The notes: generated from the sequence alone by a model not told the origin. Shown: positions 19,576 through 29,825, counted from the first letter of the stretch. The stretch is 64,000 bases of DNA from Acidobacteriota bacterium (GCA_046757405.1 JBHHYE010000007.1:25222-89221), one strand, 5' to 3'. Translations and numbers: made by a program.

Positions 19576-20754
19576 TCAACGGCACGCTCCCCCCAGTGAT
19601 TCCAGGTAGCTCAGCCCGGTACCGGTCATGAAGATCACGACGGTCTCGCGCGGCCTCAACCATCCCCGTTCCAGGAGAGAGGAAACCGCGGCGACGGTCG
19701 CACCGCCCTCCGGGGAGGCAAGGATCCCTTCCATGGCTCCCAGGCGGTAGGATCCCTCGACCATGGCCGCATCCTCGACCGCCACGGCCGTGCCTCCGGA
19801 CGCCCGGAGCGCGGCGAGGATGAGACGGTCGCCAATCGCCGCCGGCACGCGCAGGCCCGAGGCCAAGGTGCGGGCATCTTCCCACGGACGAGCCTCCTCC
19901 GCCCCTTCGTGGAAAGCGCGCACCAGGGGTGCACATCCCGCCGCCTGCACGGAAACCATGCGCGGGCGCCGGTGGTTGATCCATCCCATGGATTCCATCT
20001 CGTCAAAGGCCTTCCACATGCCGACCAGGCCCGTCCCCCCGCCGGTGGGATAGATCACCACATCGGGCAACTGCCATCCCATCTGCTCGGCCAGCTCGTA
20101 CCCCATGGTCTTCTTGCCTTCGATCCGGTAGGGCTCTTTGAGGGTGGAGACATCGAAAGACCCCGCGCGCGCCGCTTGCTCCCGCGCCCGCGCGCCGCAG
20201 TCCGTGATCAGGCCTTCCACCTCGTGCACCGTCGCGCCCAGGAGCTTCATGCTCTGCAGGAAAGGCGCCGGTGTGTCGGATGGACAGTACACCACCGCAC
20301 CCAGTCCGGCGGCGGCGGCATAAGCTGCCATGGCCATCCCCGCATTGCCCGCGGTCGGCACCACCACGGTGCGCACCCCCAGCTCCCGGGCCATGCTCAC
20401 TGCCGCGGAAAGACCCCGCGCCTTGAACGAACCGGTCGGGTTCACCGATTCGTCCTTGATGTAGAGCTTCTCCAGCCCCAGACTGGCACCCAGGCGGACG
20501 CCCCGGCGCAGAGGAGTGAACCCTTCTCCCAGCGACACAGGTTGGTCCCGGACCGGCAGCACCTCCCGGTAGCGCCACATGTCCGGGCGCCGGGAAGACA
20601 GCTCACCGGGGCGGAAGGTCTTCGCGGCACGGTCGAGATCGTAACGGGCCAGCAAGGGACGCTGGCAGGTCGTGCACAGATTCTGCAAGGAGCCGGGATC
20701 CTGGAACCTGGAACAGCCACTACACTCCAGTCCCACGAGCGCAGTCTCCGGCAT
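19576..20754 (-). CDS. thrC: Threonine synthase (short form with an N-terminal Cys4 zinc-ribbon)
   Basis: CSGCS..CTTCQ ribbon, PLP-lysine motif GSFKARG, and a Gly-rich loop PTGGGTGLVG. Confidence 0.85.
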   Translation of the reverse strand: MPETALVGLECSGCSRFQDPGSLQNLCTTCQRPLLARYDLDRAAKTFRPGELSSRRPDMWRYREVLPVRDQPVSLGEGFTPLRRGVRLGASLGLEKLYIKDESVNPTGSFKARGLSAAVSMARELGVRTVVVPTAGNAGMAMAAYAAAAGLGAVVYCPSDTPAPFLQSMKLLGATVHEVEGLITDCGARAREQAARAGSFDVSTLKEPYRIEGKKTMGYELAEQMGWQLPDVVIYPTGGGTGLVGMWKAFDEMESMGWINHRRPRMVSVQAAGCAPLVRAFHEGAEEARPWEDARTLASGLRVPAAIGDRLILAALRASGGTAVAVEDAAMVEGSYRLGAMEGILASPEGGATVAAVSSLLERGWLRPRETVVIFMTGTGLSYLESLGGACR

Positions 20755-20756
20755 GG

Positions 20757-22061
20757 TCAGGATTCGAAGCGAAAACGTCGGTAGTGGCGCTTCCCCACCT
20801 TCACCAGGACACCCTCTCGCAGCTTGGCCCCGCCGACCACGAACTGTTCCGATCGCGCGGTTTCTCCGTCAATCTTCACGGCACCCTGCTCCACCAGCCG
20901 CCGCGCCGCGGACCGCGAGCGCGCCAGCCCCGCATCGGCCAGCAGGACCGGCAGGAGCAGGGTAGACTGATCCGGGGTCTGGTTGGAGGCCGGATCCAGC
21001 AGATACCGCCCCCGCTCGTGAACCGCGACCACCCGTTCCGCAACCTGCGCGGGCACCTGGCCCCGGGAGAAAACGCGCTGGAACTCCTCCGCCGCCTCTG
21101 CAGCCGCGGTCGCGCTGTGAAAATCGGTGATGATGATCTTCGCCAGATCCACCTTGGCGTCCCTGGGGTGAAGCTGCCCGTTTTTCACGCGTCGCTTGCG
21201 GCTCTCGATCTCCTGGACGGTGAGGTCGGTGCACAGGAGATAGTAGCGCCACATCAGCTCATCGGAGACCGACATGATCTTCCCGAAGATCTCGCCGGGC
21301 GGCTCCGTGACCCCGATATAGTTGCCCAGTGATTTGGACATCTTCTCGGTTCCATCGATGCCTTCCAGCAGCGGCGTGGTCATGACCACCTGGGGTGGCA
21401 GGCCATACTCGGGCATGATATCCCGCCCAACATTCAGATTGAACAGCTGATCGGTCCCGCCCAGCTCCACGTCAGTCTTCAGGGTGACCGAGTCGAAAGC
21501 CTGCGCCAGCGGATAGAGAAATTCATGGATGCGGATGGATTCACCCGCGCCATACCGTTTCTTGAAATCCCGGCGCTCCAGCATGCGGGCCACGTTGTAG
21601 CGCGCCGCCAGCCGGATGAACCCTTCGGATCCCAGCCGGCCGAGCCACTCCGAGTTGAACCGGGTCACGGTGCGCGCAGGATCCAAGATCTTGAAGGCTT
21701 GTTCCTTGTAGGTCTCGGCATTGCGGCGGATCTCCTCCGGCGTGAGCTGGGGGCGCGTCTTGGAACGTCCGGTAGGATCGCCAATCAAGCTGGTGAAATC
21801 GCCGATGAGAAAGACGACCTGGTGCCCCAGATCCTGGAACTGTTTCATCTTGCGGAGCAAGACCGTATGGCCCAAGTGGATGTCCGGCGCCGAGGGATCG
21901 AACCCGACCTTGACTCGCAACGGGCGCCCCGCCTGCCGGGAGGCCACCAGCTTTTTCTCCAGCTCCGCCTCGGTGACCAGATCGACCACTCCCTTCCGCA
22001 GGGACTCGATCTGCTCCTCGACAGGCGCGAACCATCTGGCTGATGCTCCCTCACTTTTCAC
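20757..22061 (-). CDS. tyrS: Tyrosine--tRNA ligase
   Basis: HIGH = HLGH, KMSKS = KMSKS, C-terminal S4-like domain (RRLVEQGAVKIDGE). GTG start. Confidence 0.9.
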   Translation of the reverse strand: MKSEGASARWFAPVEEQIESLRKGVVDLVTEAELEKKLVASRQAGRPLRVKVGFDPSAPDIHLGHTVLLRKMKQFQDLGHQVVFLIGDFTSLIGDPTGRSKTRPQLTPEEIRRNAETYKEQAFKILDPARTVTRFNSEWLGRLGSEGFIRLAARYNVARMLERRDFKKRYGAGESIRIHEFLYPLAQAFDSVTLKTDVELGGTDQLFNLNVGRDIMPEYGLPPQVVMTTPLLEGIDGTEKMSKSLGNYIGVTEPPGEIFGKIMSVSDELMWRYYLLCTDLTVQEIESRKRRVKNGQLHPRDAKVDLAKIIITDFHSATAAAEAAEEFQRVFSRGQVPAQVAERVVAVHERGRYLLDPASNQTPDQSTLLLPVLLADAGLARSRSAARRLVEQGAVKIDGETARSEQFVVGGAKLREGVLVKVGKRHYRRFRFES

Positions 22062-22074
22062 GGCTCACCTGTTC

Positions 22075-22312
22075 CTTGGACGTTGTCCGGCCACAGAGAA
22101 TCTACCATGGTCCACCACACGGCTCCATCAGGCCGCCCTTCCCGGGACGAGCGCATCGGATGGACGTCGAAGCCGATATCCAGGATGGCGGCGGCCCGGA
22201 CGGCCCGGCGAATGAGCCCGGCGCCCCGGATCGAGGCAACCAGGGACCCACCGGGCCGAGGGTGCACGAGAACAAATCCACTCCGGCGTTTTTGTGTATC
22301 ATGGCCTGCCAC
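22075..22312. repeat. Diverged direct repeat, copy 1 (radC 3' end plus about 25 nt beyond the stop)
   Basis: Nucleotide blocks such as gagaatctacca(t/g)ggtcc, ctccatcaggccgc and gaagcc(g/a)atatcca(g/t)gatggc(g/c)gcggcccgg are shared with 24515-24775. Confidence 0.6.
22102..22312 (-). pseudogene. Degenerate, frameshifted copy of the radC 3' end (JAB-domain remnant)
   Basis: The translation RRSGFVLVHPRPGGSLVASIRGAGLIRRAVRAAAILDIGFDVHP aligns with RadC LALGFILAHNHPSGSLVPSIQDTEFTRGVARAAAIMDIGFYDH. The JAMM HNH is changed to HPR. An indel shifts the frame. In the homologous frame the end reads GLMEPCGGPW-stop against GLMEECDGPW-stop in radC. Confidence 0.6.
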
Positions 22313-22405
22313 CGATTCGGCTCCCTTCTCGGTGATGCCTCGGCCCCTGGGAATTGGTTGGCGCCATTGGACCTGACGGTGTCACCCGTCCAACGAGGAA
22401 GAGCC

Positions 22406-24364
22406 ATGGCCACATCAAGCACCACCGGAGACAGGGCGAGCCGCGGACCCTACATCCCCGCCTCGAGCCGCCTTCCCGAGATCACCCTCAAGGCCCTGCT
22501 GCTGGGAGTCCTGCTCGCGGTCATTCTGGCGGGGGCCAACGCCTATCTGGGACTGTTCGCAGGCATGACCGTTTCCGCCTCCATCCCGGCGGCCGTGATC
22601 TCGATGGCCGTTCTGCGGCTCTTCCGGCGCTCCAACATCCTCGAAAACAACATCGTCCAGACCTGTGCCAGCGCCGGGGAATCGCTGGCGGCCGGGGTGA
22701 TCTTCACCCTGCCAGCTCTTGTCCTCCTCAAGACCTGGGCAGACTTCAATTTCCTGCAAACGTTCCTGATCGCAGGATTCGGCGGGGTCCTGGGAGTCCT
22801 TTTCACGGTCCCTCTCAGAAGAGCCCTGATCGTCGAGCAGCCCCTCCAGTTCCCCGAGGGGATCGCCTGCGCCGAGGTGCTGGAGACCGGTGAACGCGGC
22901 GGTTCGGGGGTCAGGCTCGTGGTGGGGGCGGCCCTGTTCTCCGCCGTCTTCAAGCTCTGCCAGACAGGTGTCAGACTCTGGGCGGAGACCATCGAGGGAG
23001 CGCATTACCTGTTCGGCCGCCGGACGATTGCCTACTTCGGCTCGAACCTCTCACCCGCCCTCGTGGCGGTGGGCTACATCGTCGGCCTCAACATCGCGGT
23101 GCTCGTCTTCGCGGGCGGCGCTTTGAACTGGCTGGTGGCCATCCCCATCCTGACCGCGGTGCAAGGCGGTGGTCCGCCAGGGACGATGGCTGTCGAGCAT
23201 GCCGGAGAACTCTGGTCCAGCCAGACGCGCTACCTGGGAGTCGGGGCCATGGTCATCGGCGGTCTTTGGGCTCTCGTCCAGATGCGCGGCAGCGTGATGT
23301 CCGGCATCCGCTCGGGCCTGGCGGCCTACAAGCGGATGCGCCATGGAGACGGCCAGGAGCGCACCAACCAGGACATGCCGATGCACTGGGTGCTGGGCGT
23401 GATCATCGTCTCGATAGTGCCGCTGTTCTTCCTCTATCACTTCCTGGTGGGCTCCATTGGAATGAGCCTGGCGATGGCCGCCATCATGGTCGTCGCCGGC
23501 TTTCTCTTCTCGGCGGTGTCGGGATACATGACAGGCCTGGTGGGCTCGTCCAACAATCCGATCTCGGGCGTGACCATCGCAACCATCCTGTTCGCCTCCC
23601 TGCTGATCCTCGGCCTCTTCGGCAACCTGGGAGGACATGGCCCTTCAGCCGCCATCCTGATCGGCGCGGTGGTGGCCTGCGCGGCCGCCATCGCGGGAGA
23701 TAACCTGCACGATCTCAAGACCGGCTACATCGTGGGCGCCACGCCGTGGAAGCAGCAGTCCATGCTCATCCTCGGCACCCTCGTCTCGGCGCTGGTGATG
23801 GCCCCTGTCTTGAACCTCCTGCTGGCCGCCTACGGAATTGGCCCGGCCACAGCGGACCATCCTCATGCTCTTGCCGCCCCCCAGGCCACCTTGATGTCCT
23901 CCGTGGCACAGGGTGTCTTCGAGGGAGGCTTACCCTGGCTCATGGTCGGCACCGGCGCGGCCCTGGCCGTGTTGATCATCGCCCTGGATGTCTGGCTGGA
24001 GAAAAGATCGGCTTCCTTCCGCACCCCCGTGCTGGCGGTGGCGGTCGGGATCTATCTGCCGTTCGAGCTTTCCACCCCTATCTTCCTGGGGGGCCTGGTG
24101 GCCTATCTTGTCCAGCGCGCCCTGCGCAAGACCCCCGGGGAAGAACAAACCAAGGCGGCCGAACAGCGGGGATTGCTCCTGTCTTCCGGCCTCATCACCG
24201 GAGAAGCCCTGGTGGGGATCGGCCTGGCCATCCCGATTGTCCTGACCGGCAGCGCCGAGGCGCTGGCTTTCCTGGGCGTGCACGAAGGAGCCTGGCCCGG
24301 CGCGTTGCTCCTCCTGCTGATGCTCTTCGGCCTGTACCGCTTCAGTGCGCCGAACAAGGCCTGA
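22406..24364 (+). CDS. OPT-family oligopeptide transporter
   Basis: The N-terminus PEITLKALLLGVLLAVILAGANAYLGLFAGMTVSASIPAAVISMAVL is typical of the OPT superfamily. The protein is polytopic throughout. The ATG at 22406 follows GGAAGAG. The upstream part of the track ORF is junk. Confidence 0.9.
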   Translation: MATSSTTGDRASRGPYIPASSRLPEITLKALLLGVLLAVILAGANAYLGLFAGMTVSASIPAAVISMAVLRLFRRSNILENNIVQTCASAGESLAAGVIFTLPALVLLKTWADFNFLQTFLIAGFGGVLGVLFTVPLRRALIVEQPLQFPEGIACAEVLETGERGGSGVRLVVGAALFSAVFKLCQTGVRLWAETIEGAHYLFGRRTIAYFGSNLSPALVAVGYIVGLNIAVLVFAGGALNWLVAIPILTAVQGGGPPGTMAVEHAGELWSSQTRYLGVGAMVIGGLWALVQMRGSVMSGIRSGLAAYKRMRHGDGQERTNQDMPMHWVLGVIIVSIVPLFFLYHFLVGSIGMSLAMAAIMVVAGFLFSAVSGYMTGLVGSSNNPISGVTIATILFASLLILGLFGNLGGHGPSAAILIGAVVACAAAIAGDNLHDLKTGYIVGATPWKQQSMLILGTLVSALVMAPVLNLLLAAYGIGPATADHPHALAAPQATLMSSVAQGVFEGGLPWLMVGTGAALAVLIIALDVWLEKRSASFRTPVLAVAVGIYLPFELSTPIFLGGLVAYLVQRALRKTPGEEQTKAAEQRGLLLSSGLITGEALVGIGLAIPIVLTGSAEALAFLGVHEGAWPGALLLLLMLFGLYRFSAPNKA

Positions 24365-24514
24365 TCCCAAGACCCGCCCGGCCTGATCTCCAGGGTTCTG
24401 ATGGCGAGTCCTTCGGGGGTGATGCCGTGGCCGGGGCATGGACTCCTTGTCGGCGTCATCGAAGGAGACCAGGGCGCAACCCTTCGAGCCCTCTCGACAA
24501 GATGAGAAGCGCAA

Positions 24515-24775
24515 CCTGTGGTGGTTCCGTCCGCTGGAGAATCTACCAGGGTCCGTCACATTCCTCCATCAGGCCGCGCTCTCTCAGGCTGACATACCCC
24601 CTCGACGAGACGATCAGATGGTCGTAGAAGCCAATATCCATGATGGCCGCGGCCCGGGCGACTCCACGAGTGAACTCGGTGTCCTGGATCGAGGGAACCA
24701 GAGAGCCGCTCGGGTGATTGTGGGCGAGAATGAAGCCCAGAGCCAGGCGCCGGAGAGCTGGCTCCAGGATCTCGC
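24515..24775. repeat. Diverged direct repeat, copy 2 (3' end of the intact radC)
   Basis: See copy 1. By eye the alignable blocks are about 70-87% identical, with at least one indel. Confidence 0.6.
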
Positions 24776-25313
24776 GAGGGTGGGTGCGGGTCGTGTTCAG
24801 CGAACCGATGGAGAGCGTTTCCCGGGCCAGAAGGCCGTTCTGTCCATCCAGGTAAAGCCCAACCAGATGCTCCTTGCGCACACGTCCCAGGTCCCGGATC
24901 AGCCGGAAGGCCTCGGCCGGACTCGTGATCCGGGGTGGCGCCTCCAGCGCCCGGCTGCCAGCCCGCCGGCCGAGCTCGAATGCGGCGACCAGCCGGGCCC
25001 CCCGGGCCAAACCGATGCCGCGTTCGCGCATCCAGCTCCGGGCCGGGCGCTGCGCGAGATCGGTCAGAGATCGCCGGCGCACCAGGCGGCCGGCCATGCG
25101 GATGGCGCTCTCCTTCCGGGTTCCACCGCCCAAAAGCAAGGCGAGGAGATCCGAGTCGGCAAGAGCCCCGGCGCCCCGGGCCAGGAGTTTCTCGCGCGGC
25201 CTGGACGCCGGGGGGAGCTCCTGCACGGTGGGGCCTCGAACGGGTCCCGGCGCCCGGGATCGTGGACTCGTTTCCTTGCGTGGGGATGCGACAGGCCGGG
25301 GTGGACCGGTCAT
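24543..25313 (-). CDS. radC: RadC-family JAB/MPN-domain protein
   Basis: N-terminal HhH-like PREKLLARGAGALADSDLLALLLG and JAMM motif HNHPSGSLVPSIQD. The ATG at 25313 overlaps the purN stop (ATGA). Confidence 0.85.
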   Translation of the reverse strand: MTGPPRPVASPRKETSPRSRAPGPVRGPTVQELPPASRPREKLLARGAGALADSDLLALLLGGGTRKESAIRMAGRLVRRRSLTDLAQRPARSWMRERGIGLARGARLVAAFELGRRAGSRALEAPPRITSPAEAFRLIRDLGRVRKEHLVGLYLDGQNGLLARETLSIGSLNTTRTHPREILEPALRRLALGFILAHNHPSGSLVPSIQDTEFTRGVARAAAIMDIGFYDHLIVSSRGYVSLRERGLMEECDGPW

Positions 25314-25951
25314 CCTGCCGGTGCCGGCAGAATGACCGTGTGGCGGCCCTCGATCCTGAGGCGGCCCTCGAAGAAGAGGCGGACGGCACGGGGATAAAGA
25401 AGGTGCTCCTTCTCCAGGATCCTCCCGGAGAGCCCTTCGACCGTGTCGTTTTCTTTCACTCGGACGCACTCCTGGTCGATGATGGGGCCCTGGTCCAGCT
25501 GCCCGTCGACGAAGTGGACCGTGCAACCTGCCACCTTCACGCCGTGGGCCAGAGCCTGTTCCTGGGCCGCGAGCCCCGGGAAGGAAGGGAGCAATGAAGG
25601 GTGGATATTCATGATCCGGCCGCGGTAGGCCGTGACAAAAAAGGACGAAAGAATCCGCATGTATCCCGCCAGGCAGACGAGCTGTACATGGTATCCCTGG
25701 AGGACGGCCAGCAACCGCTGTTCGTGAGCCTGCCGGCTCTCGGCCTCGCGGTGATCGACCACGGCCGTCGGCACCTCCAGGGCCCGAGCGCGCTCCAGTC
25801 CCCGGGCGCCCGGCTGGTCGGCAATGACCGCGGCGACCTGCGCCGGAATGCGGCCTTCAAGGCTGGCGTGGATCAAGGCCTCCATGTTGCTCCCGCGGCC
25901 GGAAATAAGGATGGCCAGCCTGCCGCCGGTGGAAGTGGCCGGGGGCGCCAT
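25310..25951 (-). CDS. purN: Phosphoribosylglycinamide formyltransferase
   Basis: LAILISGRGSNMEAL, NIHPSLLPSFPG, VTVHFVD-type motif (CTVHFVDGQLDQGPII). Confidence 0.9.
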   Translation of the reverse strand: MAPPATSTGGRLAILISGRGSNMEALIHASLEGRIPAQVAAVIADQPGARGLERARALEVPTAVVDHREAESRQAHEQRLLAVLQGYHVQLVCLAGYMRILSSFFVTAYRGRIMNIHPSLLPSFPGLAAQEQALAHGVKVAGCTVHFVDGQLDQGPIIDQECVRVKENDTVEGLSGRILEKEHLLYPRAVRLFFEGRLRIEGRHTVILPAPAG

Positions 25952-27009
25952 CAGCCTGATTCAGGGCGATAGGTGACCTTCCTGGTTCCCTCCACGACCG
26001 AGCCGATCGGGTGCACCGTCTCACCACTGTCCTGCAGCCGGCGGATGACGCCGGCCGCATCGTCCGGGGAGACCACCAGGACCAGCCCCACCCCCAGGTT
26101 GAACGTCCGCTCCATCTCCGCCGCCGAAAGACCTCCCCACTCACGGATTCTCTCAAACAACGGCGGAACCGGCCACGTGCCCCGGTGGATTTCCGCTCCG
26201 CATCCAGGAGGCAGGATCCGGGGCAGGTTATCCGTCAGCCCGCCCCCGGTGATGTGTGCGAGCCCCTTGACCTTTCCTTGGCTGAGGAGCGGCCGGATCG
26301 CCTTCAGATAGGATCGATGCGGCGCGAGCAAGGCTTCTCCCACACTGAGATTCATTCCGGGCATGGGATCCGACACCCGCAGGCCCCTCACCTGGAAGAT
26401 CACCTTCCGGGCCAGTGAATACCCATTGGTATGCAGGCCGGTGGACTCCAGGCCCAGGAGCCGATCGCCGCTCTGGATGGCGCACCCGTCAAGAATGTTC
26501 CGCTTCTCGACCGCGCCCAGGATGAATCCAGCGATGTCGTACTGTCCCTCCCGGTAGAAGCCCGGCATTTCCGCGGTCTCGCCACCTAGAAGCGCACATT
26601 CCGCCTCGCGGCAGGCGGAGGCCATCCCCCGGACAACCTCCACCACGACCTGCGGCTGCAGCCGGCCACTCGCGAAGTAATCCATGAAGAAGAGAGGAAC
26701 CGCTCCCTGCACCAAGATGTCATTGATGCAATGGTTGACGAGATCGGCTCCAATGGTCGCGTGGCAAGCCATTTCTTGCGCCACGGCGAGCTTGGTTCCG
26801 ACGCCGTCCACGCTGGCGACCAGGACCGGCTCCCGCCAGCCACTGACCTGGAACAGACCGCCGAACCCTCCGATCTCCGAGAGAACCGCCGGAGTCGCCG
26901 TTTCCCGGGCGAGATCTTTGACCGCGCCCAGGGCCTCATTCATGGCATCGATGTCAACGCCAGCGCCCCGGTAAGATAGGCCTTCAGGTGCGTCTGGTTT
27001 ACGGGACAT
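25951..27009 (-). CDS. purM: Phosphoribosylformylglycinamidine cyclo-ligase (AIR synthetase)
   Basis: LSYRGAGVDIDA, VASVDGVGTKL, GGETAEMPG. The ATG at 27009 is preferred over the longer ORF. Confidence 0.9.
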   Translation of the reverse strand: MSRKPDAPEGLSYRGAGVDIDAMNEALGAVKDLARETATPAVLSEIGGFGGLFQVSGWREPVLVASVDGVGTKLAVAQEMACHATIGADLVNHCINDILVQGAVPLFFMDYFASGRLQPQVVVEVVRGMASACREAECALLGGETAEMPGFYREGQYDIAGFILGAVEKRNILDGCAIQSGDRLLGLESTGLHTNGYSLARKVIFQVRGLRVSDPMPGMNLSVGEALLAPHRSYLKAIRPLLSQGKVKGLAHITGGGLTDNLPRILPPGCGAEIHRGTWPVPPLFERIREWGGLSAAEMERTFNLGVGLVLVVSPDDAAGVIRRLQDSGETVHPIGSVVEGTRKVTYRPESG

Positions 27010-27281
27010 GCTCGCCGCCTCACGACCGGGCATCAGCCCGCCGCGGTCAAGTTCCAAGAGGGATTAGAAGGGTTCTCAGACGGCCAGATCGTTCGAACGG
27101 GCAGGAATGCTCCCTGCCTGTTCAAGTGTCCCACACGCATTCCGCGGTGTCAAGGCAGCCTCGTTGCCTCCGCGCCGGCCCCCTGTTATTCTTCGCCCCG
27201 AGCATGGCAGGCCATCCGGGCGCCTGGGGTCACTTCCAGCCGAACCGGCCCCGCGAGGAGAGCGCCATCGGCAAGGTCGCG

Positions 27282-29120
27282 ATGGATCCGGAACGTATCC
27301 GCAAGGGGTTGGTGCTGGGCGCCGCGGCTCTTCTTCTCCTGGCCTTCCTCCTGAACGCATGGCTCTCCGCGCGGCAGAAAACCCCCACGGTGGACGAGTT
27401 CGCCCATGTCCCCGCCGGCTACCGCGGTCTCGTGACCGGCGAATTCGACCTGTATGGCAAGACCCCGCCCCTGGCGCGGACGCTGTTCGCGCTGCCGCTT
27501 CTCACGAGCCGCCCCCTCCTTCCGGAGCCCCCTCCCGGAAATCGCATGGCAGGGTGGTACCCCTGGTCCTATGCCACCGGTTTTTTCAATCTCAATGTCC
27601 GGCAACGGGGCATCGCGTTCGTCGATCACGTTTATGGCCAGGCTCGGCTGGTGGTGATCGGCCTCGCCCTCCTGCTGGGCGCCGGGCTCTTCTCCTGGGC
27701 GCGCCGCCTCCATGGCCCTGCCGGCGGCTTGCTGGCCCTGGCTCTTTTTACCTTCGATCCCAATATCCTGGCGCACGCGCGGCTGGCAACCGTGGACCTG
27801 CCTGAGACCCTTTTCTTCTTTGCGGCCGTCGCCTGCTTCACTCTCTACCTGGCCCAGCCGGGCCGGTCCCGTCTCGCTGCCGCCGGGTTGCTCGCCGGCG
27901 CCGCCCTGTCCTCCAAGTTCACAGCCGTCCTCCTGGTTCCCATCTGGATCGGGATGTGCCTCATCCGCCTCCTGCACCAGAGCCGGGAGACGCGAAGAGC
28001 CCTGACCAAACAGCTTCTCCAGGGCAGCGCCACGCTTCTTCTCCTGGCACTCCTGGTGGTGAATGCCTCCTATGCTTTTGCCGGGTCCTTCCGCCGGCTC
28101 GGAGATTTCCAGTTCCGGAGCACCGTCCTGTCGTCCCTCGAGGTTCCCTGGCTCCGCTGGATGCCGGTGCCGGTGCCGAGAGATTTCCTGCGCGGCCTGG
28201 ACGCCCAGCAAGTCGACGTGGAAGAGGTCGACTTTCCCAACTACCTGGCGGGACAGTGGTCAAGATCGGGTTGGTGGTACTACTACCCGGTGGCCTGGGC
28301 CCTGAAGACGCCTCTGCCCGCGTCGATCTTGATCCTGGTCGCTCTGGCTCTCACAACGACCCGCCGGTTTGACAGGCGCAGGCGCCTGCCGGTCCACGAT
28401 GGGACCGGACGACCTCCTGGAGATCTCTTGCGCCAGCTCTCAGCCTGGGCCGTCGGCTTGAGCATCGGCGTGGTGGCCTTTGCCGCCTGTTTTCTCAACC
28501 GGCTGGACATCGGAGTACGCTACCTGCTTCCCCTTTACCCTTTCCTGTTCCTGGGCGTCGCCTCCCTGGGACGCCTGCTCCGGCGCCGGGAGCCCGTGGC
28601 CGGAGGCCTCATCCTCGCCGCCCTGACGGGCGCCGCCATCTCGACCCTGGCCGTCTACCCTCACTACCTCAGTTACTTCAACCTTCTGGCCGGAGGGCCA
28701 TCCGAGGGGTGGCGGATCCTCATCAACTCCAACAACGATTGGGGCCAGGATCTCAAGTTCCTGCGCCGCGAGATCGAGGCGCGTGGTGGAGGGCCGGTGC
28801 GCCTGGCCTACTTCGGCCATGCGGAGCCCGAGGCTTATGGCATCGACTACACGGTGCCGCTTCCCGGAGGCTCCGGCGCCGACGCCTTGCTCCCGGGGAA
28901 TGGACGATTCCCCCACACGTTCTCTCCCGGCCTCTATGCCATTTCCGCCAATCTACTGGCCGGTTTCCCCTACCTGGTCATGGATCACGGGCGCTGGATC
29001 CCCGCCGGGAAGGCGCTCTCCCAGCCCCAGGAGATCTTTTCCTGGTTCCGGAAACGTGTTCCCTTTGCGGTGATCGGCGGCAGCATCCTGCTCTTCGTTG
29101 TCGAGGAGCCACCCAGGTGA
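27282..29120 (+). CDS. GT-C fold membrane glycosyltransferase (GT39/ArnT/PMT_2-like)
   Basis: The first periplasmic loop carries a DE motif (PTVDEFAHVPAGY). There are about 11 or more hydrophobic segments and a soluble C-terminal domain. ATG at 27282. Confidence 0.8.
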   Translation: MDPERIRKGLVLGAAALLLLAFLLNAWLSARQKTPTVDEFAHVPAGYRGLVTGEFDLYGKTPPLARTLFALPLLTSRPLLPEPPPGNRMAGWYPWSYATGFFNLNVRQRGIAFVDHVYGQARLVVIGLALLLGAGLFSWARRLHGPAGGLLALALFTFDPNILAHARLATVDLPETLFFFAAVACFTLYLAQPGRSRLAAAGLLAGAALSSKFTAVLLVPIWIGMCLIRLLHQSRETRRALTKQLLQGSATLLLLALLVVNASYAFAGSFRRLGDFQFRSTVLSSLEVPWLRWMPVPVPRDFLRGLDAQQVDVEEVDFPNYLAGQWSRSGWWYYYPVAWALKTPLPASILILVALALTTTRRFDRRRRLPVHDGTGRPPGDLLRQLSAWAVGLSIGVVAFAACFLNRLDIGVRYLLPLYPFLFLGVASLGRLLRRREPVAGGLILAALTGAAISTLAVYPHYLSYFNLLAGGPSEGWRILINSNNDWGQDLKFLRREIEARGGGPVRLAYFGHAEPEAYGIDYTVPLPGGSGADALLPGNGRFPHTFSPGLYAISANLLAGFPYLVMDHGRWIPAGKALSQPQEIFSWFRKRVPFAVIGGSILLFVVEEPPR

Positions 29121-29806
29121 AGCTCTCCATCATCGTCCCTATCTATAACGAGCGATCCACCATCCAGGCTCTTCTGAGACGTCTGGAGGACCTGCCGCTG
29201 GAAAAAGAAATCATCATCGTGGACGACGGATCCACTGACGGCACCCGATCGTTTCTCGCCACTCGCCAGCAGGAGCGCCCCGCCTCACCCGCTCTCAAGA
29301 TCATCTTTCACTCCGCCAACCAGGGGAAGGGAGCCTCCATCCGGACCGCCCTGGGTCATGTGGAAGGCGAGGTCGTCATCATCCAGGATGCCGACCAGGA
29401 ATACGACCCGGCCGAGATCCCGCGCCTGGTGGAACCGATTGCCGCCGGCCTCGCCGACGTGGTGTATGGATCGCGATTCCTCGGCTCCATCCGCGGCATG
29501 CGCTGGAGCCACTGGGTGGCCAACAAGATTCTCACCGCGACGACCAACCTTCTCTACGGCGCCCACCTCACCGACGAGGCCACCGGCTACAAGGTCTTCC
29601 GGTGGTCGGCCCTCTCCCGCGTCCAGCTCACCTGCCGCCGGTTTGAATTCTGCCCGGAGGTGACCGCCCGTCTCTTGAAGCTTGGCTACCGGATTCACGA
29701 GATCCCGATACACTCGTATGTCGCCCGGCACCTGGACAAGAAGATCTCCTGGACCGACGGCTTCTCTGCTTTCTGGGTGCTCCTCCGCGAGCGTGTCAAG
29801 AAATGA
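29117..29806 (+). CDS. GT2 polyprenyl-phosphate glycosyltransferase (DPM1/ArnC-like)
   Basis: LSIIVPIYNE, IIVDDGSTDGT, DxD = IQDADQEYDP. The GTG start overlaps the preceding stop (GTGA). Confidence 0.85.
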   Translation: MKLSIIVPIYNERSTIQALLRRLEDLPLEKEIIIVDDGSTDGTRSFLATRQQERPASPALKIIFHSANQGKGASIRTALGHVEGEVVIIQDADQEYDPAEIPRLVEPIAAGLADVVYGSRFLGSIRGMRWSHWVANKILTATTNLLYGAHLTDEATGYKVFRWSALSRVQLTCRRFEFCPEVTARLLKLGYRIHEIPIHSYVARHLDKKISWTDGFSAFWVLLRERVKK

Positions 29807-29825
29807 CGGCGGCCGGACCCCTCCC

